Source of the DNA: an uncultured Clostridia bacterium
GTDB taxonomy: Bacteria > Bacillota > Clostridia > Christensenellales > UBA1242
Assembly (NCBI GenBank): GCA_934747385.1
Contig: CAKVGK010000002.1
Coordinates: forward strand, 258,436-322,435
DNA length: 64,000 bases
Direction of reading: 5' to 3'
Position numbers and translations under genes: made by a program
The notes under the pieces: generated by a model
What the model saw: the letters and a program-made list of their open reading frames with translations, nothing else
Told to the model about the DNA's origin: nothing
Databases searched by the model: none
Shown: positions 40,762 to 50,371 of the stretch, piece by piece
Position numbering within the stretch: the stretch's first letter is position 1
Layout of the letters: each line of letters starts with the position of its first letter

Positions 40762-41797
40762 TGTCTTCCCCTTCTGCAACGTCAATTTGCAAAGATTTTG
40801 GCACAGGCAAGCCAAAATGTTCGTAAGCCAAGCGTGTCGCCATTCTGCCCCTGTTTGTACGCAAAACAAAGCCAAGTTGCATTAAGTATGGCTCAACAAT
40901 ATCCTCAATTGTTGAAATTTCCTCATTCGTGGTTGCAGACAAGGTTTCCAAGCCCACTGGCCCGCCACCAAACTTTTCAATCATAGCCAAAAGCACGCGT
41001 TTGTCAACGTAATCTAACCCAAGTTCGTCAATGTCCATAAGTGTGAGTGCTTTTTTGGCGTCTTCCGCACAAATGTTGTCTTTATCTTCAACCTGAACAT
41101 AGTCACGCACACGCTTCAAAAGGCGGTTTGCAATACGAGGTGTACCACGACTGCGACGTGCAATTTCGAAAGTTGCGTCCTTATCTATGCTTACATTCAA
41201 AATGCTGGCAGAACGCGCGATGATTTGTGCAATTTCGTCAACAGTGTAAAGTTCCAAACGGCAAGATATGCCAAACCTATCACGCAAAGGACTAGACAAA
41301 TTGCCCGCTTTTGTGGTTGCACCAATCAGTGTGAAAGGTTGAATTTTAAGGCGCATACTACGTGCGCTTGGACCCTTGCCCACGATAAAGTCAAGAGCGT
41401 AGTCTTCCATGGCTGGGTACAAAATTTCTTCAACAGATTTACTTATGCGGTGAATTTCATCAATAAAGAGCACATCGTTAGTGTTAAGATTGGTTAGAAT
41501 TGCAGCAAGGTCGGCGGCGTTTTCTATGCTTGGGCCGCTGGTTATTTTAATTTGGCTGCCAATTTCATTGGCAATAATGTGGCTTAGTGTTGTTTTTCCA
41601 AGCCCTGGAGGACCGTATAATAAAACATGGTCAAGCGCTTCTTTACGCTTTTTTGCTGCGGCAATATAGACCTTTAAATTGGCCTTTATTTTTTCTTGCC
41701 CAGTGTATTCGTCAAAAGACATAGGTCGAAGTTTGTTTTCAACCTCGACGTCACTCATGTTTTTGGTGCTGCTGATAAATCTATCTCTTTCTTCCAT
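40748..41797 (-). CDS. ruvB: Holliday junction branch migration helicase RuvB
   Basis: LRP..FDEY.GQ, Walker [15 protein letters not shown] and [11 protein letters not shown] motifs. Confidence 0.95.
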   Translation of the reverse strand: MEERDRFISSTKNMSDVEVENKLRPMSFDEYTGQEKIKANLKVYIAAAKKRKEALDHVLLYGPPGLGKTTLSHIIANEIGSQIKITSGPSIENAADLAAILTNLNTNDVLFIDEIHRISKSVEEILYPAMEDYALDFIVGKGPSARSMRLKIQPFTLIGATTKAGNLSSPLRDRFGISCRLELYTVDEIAQIIARSASILNVSIDKDATFEIARRSRGTPRIANRLLKRVRDYVQVEDKDNICAEDAKKALTLMDIDELGLDYVDKRVLLAMIEKFGGGPVGLETLSATTNEEISTIEDIVEPYLMQLGFVLRTNRGRMATRLAYEHFGLPVPKSLQIDVAEGEDNESE

Positions 41798-41836
41798 AGT
41801 CGCTCCTCAAAAATATATAGAAATTTTACGTTTAAA

Positions 41837-42433
41837 CTACTCACCCATTGAATGCAAAACTTTTGCAACAATTGTTTCGCCCGTGTCGGTTTCTGTTGCA
41901 ACAGATTTTGCGCGTTTGGTTGCTTCTGCTTTGCTCATGCCCAAACTTGTGAGAACAACGATTGCGTCCTCCAAATACTGATTATTGGCTTCTGCTTGGA
42001 ATGGATTAACGTCTGGGATTAAATAATCGAATGGTTTGATTTTGTCTTTAAGTTCAACAATAATGCGTTCAGCGGTCTTTTTGCCAATGCCTTTGCATGA
42101 GCCAATAACTGATTCGTCTTGCGCAACAATGCTGTTAACAATCTTGTTCATTTTTTCTGCCGATAAAATTGCAATGGCGGTTTTGCTGCCCACTCCTGAC
42201 ACAGAGATAAGTTGCATAAACAAACGTTTTTCTTCTGGGCTGACAAAACCATACAAACTCATTTCGTCTTCTTTGACGTGCATGTATGTGTAAATTTTAA
42301 CCTCTTCGTCCAGGTTAGGCAAGCCAAGCATGCAACTTTTGGTTACGTAAATTTGAAAGCCCACCCCATTGCATTCAATGGTTACGCTGTCCATTTCTTT
42401 TTCCCTTAAAATACCTTTAATAAAACTTATCAT
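41837..42433 (-). CDS. ruvA: Holliday junction DNA helicase RuvA
   Basis: MI.FIKG N-terminus and the helix-hairpin-helix motifs (SVSGVGSKTA, GIGKKTAERI). Confidence 0.95.
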   Translation of the reverse strand: MISFIKGILREKEMDSVTIECNGVGFQIYVTKSCMLGLPNLDEEVKIYTYMHVKEDEMSLYGFVSPEEKRLFMQLISVSGVGSKTAIAILSAEKMNKIVNSIVAQDESVIGSCKGIGKKTAERIIVELKDKIKPFDYLIPDVNPFQAEANNQYLEDAIVVLTSLGMSKAEATKRAKSVATETDTGETIVAKVLHSMGE

Positions 42434-42533
42434 AATTTTCCTTATTTTAAATTGTGGTTTATCAAACTAAATTGGATTTGAATTTTCCTTCCAAAAATTA
42501 AATTGATTTAGAATTGAATTTTTCTTCCAAAAA

Positions 42534-43019
42534 TTAAATTGAATTATCGCTCATCACCGAATTGGTTTGCATATGTGTGAGAGCAACTGCAAGCGCATCA
42601 GCTGCGTCGTCTGGTTTTGGAGTTTGGCTTAAACCCAAAATGTTTTTAACCATAAACTGAACTTGCTTTTTTTCTGCCCTGCCATTGCCTGTTAACGCCT
42701 GCTTAATTTGGAGAGGAGTGTATTCAAACAATTTGTCTGTATACTGTTTGGAAGCAACTATCAACACACCACGTGCTTCTGCAACAGGAATTGCGGTTGT
42801 GTTGTTGGTATTAAAAAACAATTCCTCAAACGCAACTTGGTCTGGCTTAAAAGTTTCCATCAGTTCGCAAGTGGCTTGATAAATTGTGTTTAGTCGGCTG
42901 CTTATGCTCATGGATTTTGGCGTGGTAATAACGCCAAAGTCCACAACTTTGCAACCATTTGTTTCAATCACCCCATAGCCCACAATGTTGTAGCCTGGGT
43001 CAATGCCTAAAATTTTCAT
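42534..43019 (-). CDS. ruvC: Crossover junction endodeoxyribonuclease RuvC
   Basis: MKILGIDPG, FEELFF and DAADALAVALTH catalytic motifs. Confidence 0.95.
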   Translation of the reverse strand: MKILGIDPGYNIVGYGVIETNGCKVVDFGVITTPKSMSISSRLNTIYQATCELMETFKPDQVAFEELFFNTNNTTAIPVAEARGVLIVASKQYTDKLFEYTPLQIKQALTGNGRAEKKQVQFMVKNILGLSQTPKPDDAADALAVALTHMQTNSVMSDNSI

Positions 43020-43027
43020 AATCCCTT

Positions 43028-43621
43028 TTATGCAATTTGTTGCAATTGATTAATCAGCGAATTGACGCTTGAATAGAGTTCGTTAAAGCGTTGATTATCT
43101 TGCTCTAATTGGTTCTTTTTAACATTATAGTCGCTGACAAGTGCTTCAATTTTGTCCAAAATTGCTTTAATTATTTTAACTTGTTGTTTGTAGCCTTTAA
43201 TGACAATTGCCTCTGTGTTTTCGTCAACATTTGCTTTAAAATCTTTGCAAAGATTGCTCACTTCGTGCTTGTATTCTGTTTTCAAGCTGCCGCACTCTTG
43301 CAATGCAACGCGATATTGCTTGGTGGCTTTGGCAAAATTTGAATTAACCTCTTCAACTTCTTTGTTTAAGCGTGTGATTTTCGATTTATTTTTGCCATAT
43401 ACGCCTGCCCTCTCGGCTTTTGACGCGACAGAAATATCTCTTGTTATTGTGCTCAAATCGTTTTTATGGTCGATGAGTTGCTCAAAATAACTTGTTAAAT
43501 TTGCTCTGCTATCTTCCGCCATCAAAAGAGAACTGTTGTACAGCGAAAATAAAGCAGATAATTTATTGCGATTATCGTTAAGTTGTTTAATTATTTCAAG
43601 CAATTTATCGTTTGTTTCCAT
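43028..43621 (-). CDS. Hypothetical coiled-coil protein
   Basis: 197 aa with heptad-like composition rich in K, E, Q, N and L. Packed tightly between yebC and ruvC. Confidence 0.45.
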   Translation of the reverse strand: METNDKLLEIIKQLNDNRNKLSALFSLYNSSLLMAEDSRANLTSYFEQLIDHKNDLSTITRDISVASKAERAGVYGKNKSKITRLNKEVEEVNSNFAKATKQYRVALQECGSLKTEYKHEVSNLCKDFKANVDENTEAIVIKGYKQQVKIIKAILDKIEALVSDYNVKKNQLEQDNQRFNELYSSVNSLINQLQQIA

Positions 43622-43622
43622 A

Positions 43623-44348
43623 TTATTCTTCCTCTAAATTGTGCACGACGTCAATTACGTCATCGCTTTCGTTAAGTTTATCAATCATTTTGTCAAAGGT
43701 TTCACGCTTGTGTTCATCAAGAGCCACATAATTTTGAGGTATCATTTCAACACCTGAACTTAAAATTGTGTAGTTAGCGTCTTCAAACGCTTTAACCAAT
43801 TCGTTAACTGCGTTAGCGCTTGGCTCAGTGTAAATAGTGAAAACTTCATCGTCTTCACAGTCAACTGCATTCATGTTGATTGCAAGTTCCATGGCACTGT
43901 CGCCATCAAAATTGCTACCCTTTTCAACAATCACAACCCCGCGATTATCAAACATATAACTTACGCAGCCAGTTGAACCAAGGCTGCCGCCAAATTTATC
44001 AAAAGCATAACGAACGTCGCTGCTTGTGCGGTTTTTGTTATCTGTGAAGCACTTAACAACCACTGCAACGCCACCAACGCCGTAACCTTCGTAAGTTTGT
44101 TCAACAAAATTGCTGTTGTCAACCTCGCTGTTCTTTTTGATAATTCCATTAATGCGGTCATTTGGCATGTTGTATTGACGTGCTTTTGCAATTGCCATTT
44201 TAAGTTTTGAGTTGCTGTCTATATTAGGCCCGCCCTCTTTAACTGCAACCATAATTTCACGTCCAATTTTAGTGAATACTTTACTGCGCTCTGCGTCTGA
44301 TTTTTCTTTTCTTCCTTTAATATTATTCCATTTACTATGTCCTGACAT
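43623..44348 (-). CDS. yebC: YebC/PmpR-family DNA-binding regulator
   Basis: MSGHSKWNNIKGRKEKSDAERSK N-terminus is diagnostic. Confidence 0.95.
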   Translation of the reverse strand: MSGHSKWNNIKGRKEKSDAERSKVFTKIGREIMVAVKEGGPNIDSNSKLKMAIAKARQYNMPNDRINGIIKKNSEVDNSNFVEQTYEGYGVGGVAVVVKCFTDNKNRTSSDVRYAFDKFGGSLGSTGCVSYMFDNRGVVIVEKGSNFDGDSAMELAINMNAVDCEDDEVFTIYTEPSANAVNELVKAFEDANYTILSSGVEMIPQNYVALDEHKRETFDKMIDKLNESDDVIDVVHNLEEE

Positions 44349-44372
44349 AAATTCTCCTTAAATTAATAATAT

Positions 44373-45089
44373 TTAGCAAACAATGTTTGCTAATTTTTGC
44401 ATAACAATGCTCCCAGCAACGCCTGCGTTTAAACTTTCCACGCCTGGGCACATTGGTATTGAAATTGTTGCGGTTGCAAGCGAAAACATTTGCTCACTAA
44501 CGCCATTCCCCTCATTGCCTATTATAACAGAAACCCTGCCTTTTGGCAAACGAAATTTGTTTAGATTCTCGCCATGCATATCTGCAACCAAAAAATTTTC
44601 AGCAATCCTGTTTTTGTTGGACTCAATTCCTCCATAATCAATACGATGAACATGCGCCTTTAAGATTGTGCCTGCACTGCTGCGCACAACTTTGTCGCTG
44701 TAAGGGTCTGCCCCGCCAATTATGTAAATATCATTAAAGCCAAAAGCCATGGCACTACGGATTAATGTGCCAACATTGCCTGGGTCTTGAACATTGTCCA
44801 AAATCAAAGAATTGGACTTTGCTTCAATGTCATGTTGCTTTATTTTGCAAACGCAAATTATTGTTTGAGGTGTTTTTGTTGACGCCAAACTTTCAAACAT
44901 TTTGGTTGAAACCACAGCAATATTTGGAAAACCTGTTAATTTTTCGTCTGTTGTGATTGTGTAAACAATTTCAAATCCGTTTTGCATTACGTCATGACAA
45001 AATTTGTCACCTTCAACCAAAAATATTTGATTTGTTGACCTAAATTTTTTATCTTTTAAATTTTTAACTTCGGCATTTGTTAAAATCAT
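44373..45089 (-). CDS. TrmH/SpoU-family RNA methyltransferase
   Basis: DPGNVGTLIRSA, IIGNEGNGVS and SLNAGVAGSIVM SPOUT motifs. Confidence 0.85.
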   Translation of the reverse strand: MILTNAEVKNLKDKKFRSTNQIFLVEGDKFCHDVMQNGFEIVYTITTDEKLTGFPNIAVVSTKMFESLASTKTPQTIICVCKIKQHDIEAKSNSLILDNVQDPGNVGTLIRSAMAFGFNDIYIIGGADPYSDKVVRSSAGTILKAHVHRIDYGGIESNKNRIAENFLVADMHGENLNKFRLPKGRVSVIIGNEGNGVSEQMFSLATATISIPMCPGVESLNAGVAGSIVMQKLANIVC

Positions 45090-45202
45090 ACTTTGTTAGT
45101 ATAACAAAAGCAAAAATAATAGTCAAATCAAAACAAATCTGTGACCAAATTTTGCGTTAAAAAATGGCAGATTTACCGCCATTTTATGTCAATCAAAATT
45201 AA

Positions 45203-46117
45203 TTAAATATTTTTTGTGTGCTCTTCCCACAAATTTTTTGGATATTCTCCCATATTTGTGAGTTTTTTCAAGCCACCAACAACGCTTTGCTTGTCTTCTT
45301 TATAAGTTACACCAAGCCATTTTGCGTTGGTTTGTTTAACGTCAACAGAAACAAGTCCATATTTAACCATTTCGTCAATAACTGATGGCAACAAGAACTC
45401 ACATTTCAATGGATTTTCTGCCAAATTTTCGTTAAGGAAAATTGGGAATGCTTTTTCCAAAAGGTAGAAAATGGTTGGGTTGAAACACCACATGTTCATT
45501 GAAACAGGTTGATTTTCGTCAATTGCATAACTAATCTTGCCGTCAAGTGGGGTTGCAACAATTTGGTCATCAATTTTTTCAACTGAACTTTCAACAATCT
45601 CCAATAGCTTGCCTGCAAAAATGTCACAAATGCCACGTTTTGCTGCCCCGTTTTCACTTAAAGTATTTTTAACTTTGTATGAAATCAAGCCAAAACTATC
45701 GTCTTCACGATTTTTCATAAATTCGCTTGCTATTTCAAACGCATTTTTGCCGTAAAAGTCGTCTGCATTGATTATTGCAAAATCGCCTTTAACAACGTCT
45801 TTGCAACTCCAAATTGCATGACCTGTGCCCCAAGGTTTAACACGGCCTTTTGGAACTGTAAAACCTTTTGGCAAGCTTTCCAATTTTTGAAAAACATATT
45901 CAACGTCAATTTTATCTTCCACGCGCTTGCCAACTGTTTCGCGGAAAATATCGTAATTTTCTTCCTTGATTATAAACACAACGCGGTCAAACCCTGCACG
46001 AATTGCGTCATAAATTGAATAATCAATAATAAATTCTCCATTTTCGTTAACTGGCTCAATTTGCTTTAAACCGCCATATCTGCTGCCCATACCTGCAGCC
46101 ATAATAACTAAATCCAT
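45203..46117 (-). CDS. Sugar-phosphate nucleotidyltransferase family protein
   Basis: N-terminal MAAGMGSRYGGLKQ (GxGxR) signature of the NTP-transferase fold. Confidence 0.75.
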   Translation of the reverse strand: MDLVIMAAGMGSRYGGLKQIEPVNENGEFIIDYSIYDAIRAGFDRVVFIIKEENYDIFRETVGKRVEDKIDVEYVFQKLESLPKGFTVPKGRVKPWGTGHAIWSCKDVVKGDFAIINADDFYGKNAFEIASEFMKNREDDSFGLISYKVKNTLSENGAAKRGICDIFAGKLLEIVESSVEKIDDQIVATPLDGKISYAIDENQPVSMNMWCFNPTIFYLLEKAFPIFLNENLAENPLKCEFLLPSVIDEMVKYGLVSVDVKQTNAKWLGVTYKEDKQSVVGGLKKLTNMGEYPKNLWEEHTKNI

Positions 46118-46312
46118 ATTTTCTCCTTATTATGTTAGTGTTTTAGTATTGTAGTTGTTTTTGTTTGTATTGTCAAATCGTTTTAACTTAAAAATTATTT
46201 TTAACCTGCAAATTTGATTAAAGTTTTAAACCTACTAATTTTTTGCAAAATTCGACAAAAAAAAGCCACCAAATAAACTTTTTGCTGTCAGCTTATTCAG
46301 TGACTTGAAAGG

Positions 46313-46945
46313 TTATAAAGACTTTGTGTCTTCTTCAGTTGCAACTTTGCCTTCCAGTGCAACAACTGTTTCTTCAGCGTTGAAAGGAAGAATTGGGTGG
46401 CAACCTTTTGCCATTTCTCGTGCTGCTGTTGAGCAATTGGACAAAGCATTTCTTTCTTGTTTTTTCAATTCTGCAAGTTTTCTTTGAATCATATTTAAAT
46501 AAGAAATGTTGCTTTTGTGAAGCATGACTTCAGCATATTCTTGTTCTTTAACAGTTAATAAATTGCTGATTTTTGCGCGTTCTTGTTTGTTAACTTGAAT
46601 GTCTTTTTCAGCCAAATTTGCAAGGTAAGCATCGTCGGTTGCAGCTTTTGAATCTTCTGCTTTTGCAATTTTTTCTGTCAAATCATCTCTTTTGATTTGC
46701 ATTCTTTTACGCTTTTCTGCATATTTTTCTTGTGCAATTTCTGCAAAGTCAAAATAGTTTGCAACACCTGTGTTAACTGAAACTGTTTTTGCTGTTTTGG
46801 TTTCTTGATCTGATTCAACAACGCCAATAACAGCTTTTGTTTCTTTTTCTGGTTGAATTTCGTTCACTTCAACAACTTCTTGTTGCTCAACTTCAACATT
46901 CTTGTTGCGTTTGAATAAATTTAAAAACTTTTTGATAAGACTCAT
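46313..46945 (-). CDS. Hypothetical protein rich in K, E and Q (coiled coil)
   Basis: Start set at ATG 46945, preceded by AAGGAGAA, with TATAAT further upstream. No motif recognised. Confidence 0.45.
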   Translation of the reverse strand: MSLIKKFLNLFKRNKNVEVEQQEVVEVNEIQPEKETKAVIGVVESDQETKTAKTVSVNTGVANYFDFAEIAQEKYAEKRKRMQIKRDDLTEKIAKAEDSKAATDDAYLANLAEKDIQVNKQERAKISNLLTVKEQEYAEVMLHKSNISYLNMIQRKLAELKKQERNALSNCSTAAREMAKGCHPILPFNAEETVVALEGKVATEEDTKSL

Positions 46946-47166
46946 ATGTTTCTCCTTAAAATACATGTAAATTATATGCTTTTTTTCCAACTTGTCAATA
47001 TGTTTTTGTTAATTTTTTCGTAAATTTTAGATAAGCTTTTAAACATGTAATTTTAATTAACAAATTCAATATTTAAACAAAGCTCATTGATGTTTTTTCG
47101 CTTAATAAACCTATATTATTTGAATAAGAAAAACAAACATGGCAATGTTTTAAATTAAAAATTTAC

Positions 47167-47247
47167 AGCAAAAAAGTTGGCGTTTAAACCAACTTCTCTC
47201 CACTATGCTTTCTTTGCTGTTTCTACAAGTTTTGCAAATGCTTCTTA
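47167..47247. repeat. Duplicate of the rplT 3' coding end plus its terminator
   Basis: About 81 nt nearly identical to 47276-47357 (offset 109 nt). Includes the AAGTTGG/CCAACTT hairpin and the last ~45 nt of rplT. Confidence 0.9.
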
Positions 47248-47278
47248 ACCACTTCTCTTCGTTCGTGGGAAAGGAAGC

Positions 47279-47304
47279 AAAAAAGTTGGCGTTTAAACCA
47301 ACTT
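47279..47304 (-). terminator. Intrinsic terminator of the infC-rpmI-rplT operon
   Basis: Minus-strand AAGTTGG TTTAAACG CCAACTT followed by a T-run, 8 nt after the rplT stop. Confidence 0.75.
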
Positions 47305-47311
47305 CTCTTCA

Positions 47312-47659
47312 CTATGCTTTCTTTGCTGTTTCTACAAGTTTTGCAAATGCTTCCTTATCGCAAACTGCCATATCAGCCAAAACCTTGCGGTTAAGGTCGA
47401 TATTTGCTTTTTTCAAGCCAGCAATAAATTTGCTGTAAGAAATTGCGTTTTCACGACAAGCAGCGTTGATACGTGTAATCCATAATGAACGCATGTCACG
47501 TTTTTTCAACTTGCGACCAGTGTATGCGTATTGACCGGATTTCATAACAGCTTGACGAGCAACACGATACAATTTTGATTTAGCACCACGATAGCCTTTT
47601 GCATCTTTCAATACTGCACGGCGTTTTTTTGATGCGTTAACACCACGTTTAATTCTCAT
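47312..47659 (-). CDS. rplT: 50S ribosomal protein L20
   Basis: [15 protein letters not shown]-terminus and the length match L20. Confidence 0.97.
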   Translation of the reverse strand: MRIKRGVNASKKRRAVLKDAKGYRGAKSKLYRVARQAVMKSGQYAYTGRKLKKRDMRSLWITRINAACRENAISYSKFIAGLKKANIDLNRKVLADMAVCDKEAFAKLVETAKKA

Positions 47660-47669
47660 CTTTTGCCTC

Positions 47670-47858
47670 CTAAATCATTTCCCTGTAGTTACTTTCAAAT
47701 TGTTTTGAAACATAACCGGTTTTTCTTAAATTTCTTTTTCTCTTACGAGATTTTTTAGTCAACATGTGACCTTTGCCATCGTGCATCATTTTGATTTTGC
47801 CTGTGCCAGTGAGTTTAAAACGCTTAGCAACAGTCTTTCTTGTTTTCATTTTTGGCAT
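47670..47858 (-). CDS. rpmI: 50S ribosomal protein L35
   Basis: [21 protein letters not shown]. Start set at ATG 47858 with a GGAGAA RBS. Confidence 0.95.
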   Translation of the reverse strand: MPKMKTRKTVAKRFKLTGTGKIKMMHDGKGHMLTKKSRKRKRNLRKTGYVSKQFESNYREMI

Positions 47859-47925
47859 AATTTTCTCCTTTTTAAAATGTGTTGCGTTAAGCAGCACTGA
47901 ATTTTTGTAAAATGCAGTTATTTAC

Positions 47926-48438
47926 TTATTTTTTTGAAATTGGTGCAAGGAACATAAAGATATTTCTTCCATTAACTTCAGGTTGTTTGTCAATTTGACC
48001 AACACTTGCGCACATTTCAGCAAACTTATTCATAACGTCAACGCCAACTTGTGGGCGGGCTTGCAACCTGCCAAACATGCGGATATTAACCTTAACTTTG
48101 CTGCCATCGGCTAAAAACTTGCAAACTTGTTTTGCTTTAATTTCAAGGTCATGGTCATCAATTGTCATACTCAAAGACATTTCTTTAAGTTGGGCAACTT
48201 TTTGAGCCTTTTTTTGGTCTTTTAACTTTTTAAGTTCGTCGAAACGGAACTTGCCATAGTCCATAATTTTGCAAACTGGTGGTTTTGCATCAGGTGCAAT
48301 AAGAACAAGATCTAGCCCATAGTTTGACGCTGCTTCAAGCGCTTTTTCACTTGACATAATGCCAAGTTGTTCGCTGTTTGGACCAATCAAACGAACTTCT
48401 GGTAAAACAATTTGTTCATTTTTAAGTGATTCTTTCAA
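47926..48438 (-). CDS. infC: Translation initiation factor IF-3
   Basis: NEQI..PEVRLIG and the C-terminal domain are present. The likely start is TTG at 48438, 4 nt after AGGAGG. The ORF-track N-extension has no IF-3 counterpart. Confidence 0.9.
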   Translation of the reverse strand: MKESLKNEQIVLPEVRLIGPNSEQLGIMSSEKALEAASNYGLDLVLIAPDAKPPVCKIMDYGKFRFDELKKLKDQKKAQKVAQLKEMSLSMTIDDHDLEIKAKQVCKFLADGSKVKVNIRMFGRLQARPQVGVDVMNKFAEMCASVGQIDKQPEVNGRNIFMFLAPISKK

Positions 48439-48600
48439 ATTTCCTCCTACCCAAAAAAAATGGGTCACTTTATGTAAAAGCACCCAAAACAAATAACAAT
48501 TCAAATTTATTAGATTCGTTAAACAAACCTTATTTATAAATTTAAAACCATTGTCGCTTTTGCTTCAAGGTGAGAAGTGATAACTCCTACTTTTACACTC
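48439..48600 (-). promoter_or_regulatory. infC operon leader with an attenuator hairpin (L20-leader-like)
   Basis: Leader of about 160 nt between the promoter and the RBS. A hairpin with T8 at 48453-48486 lies immediately before the SD. The L20-leader identity is by analogy with Bacillus only. Confidence 0.5.
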
Positions 48601-48602
48601 GT

Positions 48603-48631
48603 ATTCTAACAAAGAATTTTTAACTTGTCAA
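48603..48631 (-). promoter_or_regulatory. Sigma-A type promoter of the infC operon
   Basis: Minus strand TTGACA, 17-nt spacer, TAGAAT. Confidence 0.7.
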
Positions 48632-48655
48632 TGGTTTTTAACTAATTTTGCAAAT

Positions 48656-49243
48656 TTATTTAACGATACTCCAACCCAATGCTCTTGCTTTCTTTAAAGA
48701 TGAAACTCTTATTGTTTTTTCAACAACCTGCAATAATTCTTTTGCGTCTTTATAGTCGTCAATTGAAATAAAACCCAGCAAAGATCGGCACTCTTCAGCG
48801 TATGCTTCAATTTTGGTTTTTATCTGTCTTAAAAATGGAAGTTCAAAGTTATAAGCATATGAGTCTGCCACCATTGTGCTTAACAATTTAACCATGCAAA
48901 TAACGGTTTCTGGCGTCAACTCACTTATAAGCACACTCTTTGCCAAAAAAGCGCTCAAAGTGTGAACATTAACACCTTTGCCTTGTGCACAAGCAACGCG
49001 AAAAGCAACTGCCTCACACATTTCGGCATCTTGACTCAACGATTCATTGAAAGCAACAAAGAAAACCATGTCGTTGACGCTAAGCGACAAAACGTCGTTT
49101 TCGTCCTCAATTTCATGATCGGCAACCCTTTTAATACACTTATCAATGTTTTTTTTGTCGTCAAGTTCAACCAAACACAAATAGTCATAATATTGTTTTT
49201 TAACAAAGTCTTTGAGTTCACGTGTGCTAGCTTTCATAAACAC
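48656..49243 (-). CDS. Hypothetical cytoplasmic protein
   Basis: 195-aa ORF with normal composition. No motif recognised. Confidence 0.45.
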   Translation of the reverse strand: MFMKASTRELKDFVKKQYYDYLCLVELDDKKNIDKCIKRVADHEIEDENDVLSLSVNDMVFFVAFNESLSQDAEMCEAVAFRVACAQGKGVNVHTLSAFLAKSVLISELTPETVICMVKLLSTMVADSYAYNFELPFLRQIKTKIEAYAEECRSLLGFISIDDYKDAKELLQVVEKTIRVSSLKKARALGWSIVK

Positions 49244-49351
49244 CTCGTCTTTATCGTATCACCCAATGAACAAATTGTCAATACTGAATTTTTAATTTAA
49301 TTGAAAACAATTTGCATTTAGCTGTTAAAATCGTCAATTTAAACTATTTGT

Positions 49352-49376
49352 AAAAAAACGAGCATATTTATGCCCG
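49352..49376 (-). terminator. Intrinsic terminator after the YhhN-like gene
   Basis: Minus-strand CGGGCAT AAAT ATGCTCG followed by T7. Confidence 0.65.
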
Positions 49377-49409
49377 CCTTTAGTTTAAATTTTTTTGACT
49401 GATTTTAAA

Positions 49410-50138
49410 TTATTGTTTGGTTTGCTTGTTCTCTTTTATGTTGTTCAAAACATTGTTAAGTTTTTCGTTTTTTTGTTGTTTATCTTTAGCAAGCAAAATT
49501 GAAATTGCAAGCAAAATTTCGGCTGGATAGTAAGTTGAAAGGCACAAAACACTGCAAGCATAAATTCCGCCAAAACGCGCAAACAAAAGCATTAAATCTG
49601 AAAAATAGAACAACGCGCTGCCAATTAGTATCACAATATTCAAAGCAGACCTATTTCTAATTAAATTAGCAATTGCCTTGCCAAGCATTATTGAAATAAT
49701 CAACGCATAAACAATTGCAACAACTTTCATTAACACATTAATTTTCAAAACAGGAGCAATCAAAATTATAAGCAAACTAATAACAAAAATGATTGCGGCT
49801 GGAATTAAATCTTTCCAATTGAATTTTTCATTGAAAATATAGGCAACAAAGAACAGAATATGCCCAGTTGCAAACAATGCAGCTCCAACACAAAATTCAT
49901 AATAAAGCACAACGTCGCCCAAAAACGCGAAGAATAAACCAATAAGCATAAAAATGCTGAACTTGCGCTTTTCTTTTGTTTCTGCAAACACATAAATAAA
50001 ATTTATTGCGCCCAAAATCACAAACAATGCGCTTGTAACCGCCTTTGCTAAAATTTCGCCGGTTAAAATGTAGGTTACATCGCCAATTGCAATCATAAGC
50101 ATTAGCACAATGTTTGATAAAGTTATTGATTTTGACAT
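49410..50138 (-). CDS. YhhN-family (lysoplasmalogenase-like) membrane protein
   Basis: About 8 TM helices with FLGDVVL, ATGHILF and FYFSDLML motifs typical of YhhN. Start at ATG 50138 after AAGGGGG. Confidence 0.7.
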   Translation of the reverse strand: MSKSITLSNIVLMLMIAIGDVTYILTGEILAKAVTSALFVILGAINFIYVFAETKEKRKFSIFMLIGLFFAFLGDVVLYYEFCVGAALFATGHILFFVAYIFNEKFNWKDLIPAAIIFVISLLIILIAPVLKINVLMKVVAIVYALIISIMLGKAIANLIRNRSALNIVILIGSALFYFSDLMLLFARFGGIYACSVLCLSTYYPAEILLAISILLAKDKQQKNEKLNNVLNNIKENKQTKQ

Positions 50139-50371
50139 ATTACCCCCTTTTGCCAAACCAAAAAGTGTTAAATTAATGATTTGCCAATACTTTTGTTTAC
50201 AAACAAAGTTAAGCAAATTTTATCTTAAAAAGATTATACTTAATGTTTTAAGATAAAGTCAACAAATTGAAAGATATTTATAAATCATTTTAAAGGTTGA
50301 CTTTTAAAGCCAAGCATTAATCAATATATTGTATTTCGCATGCTATAAATACACAATATATCACTCAAATT

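Noticed and set aside
39670-40875. QueA ORF extension to 40875 ([12 protein letters not shown]...).
   Set aside because: The extension overlaps the ruvB C-terminus in another frame and has no QueA counterpart. The first ATG compatible with homology is 40761.
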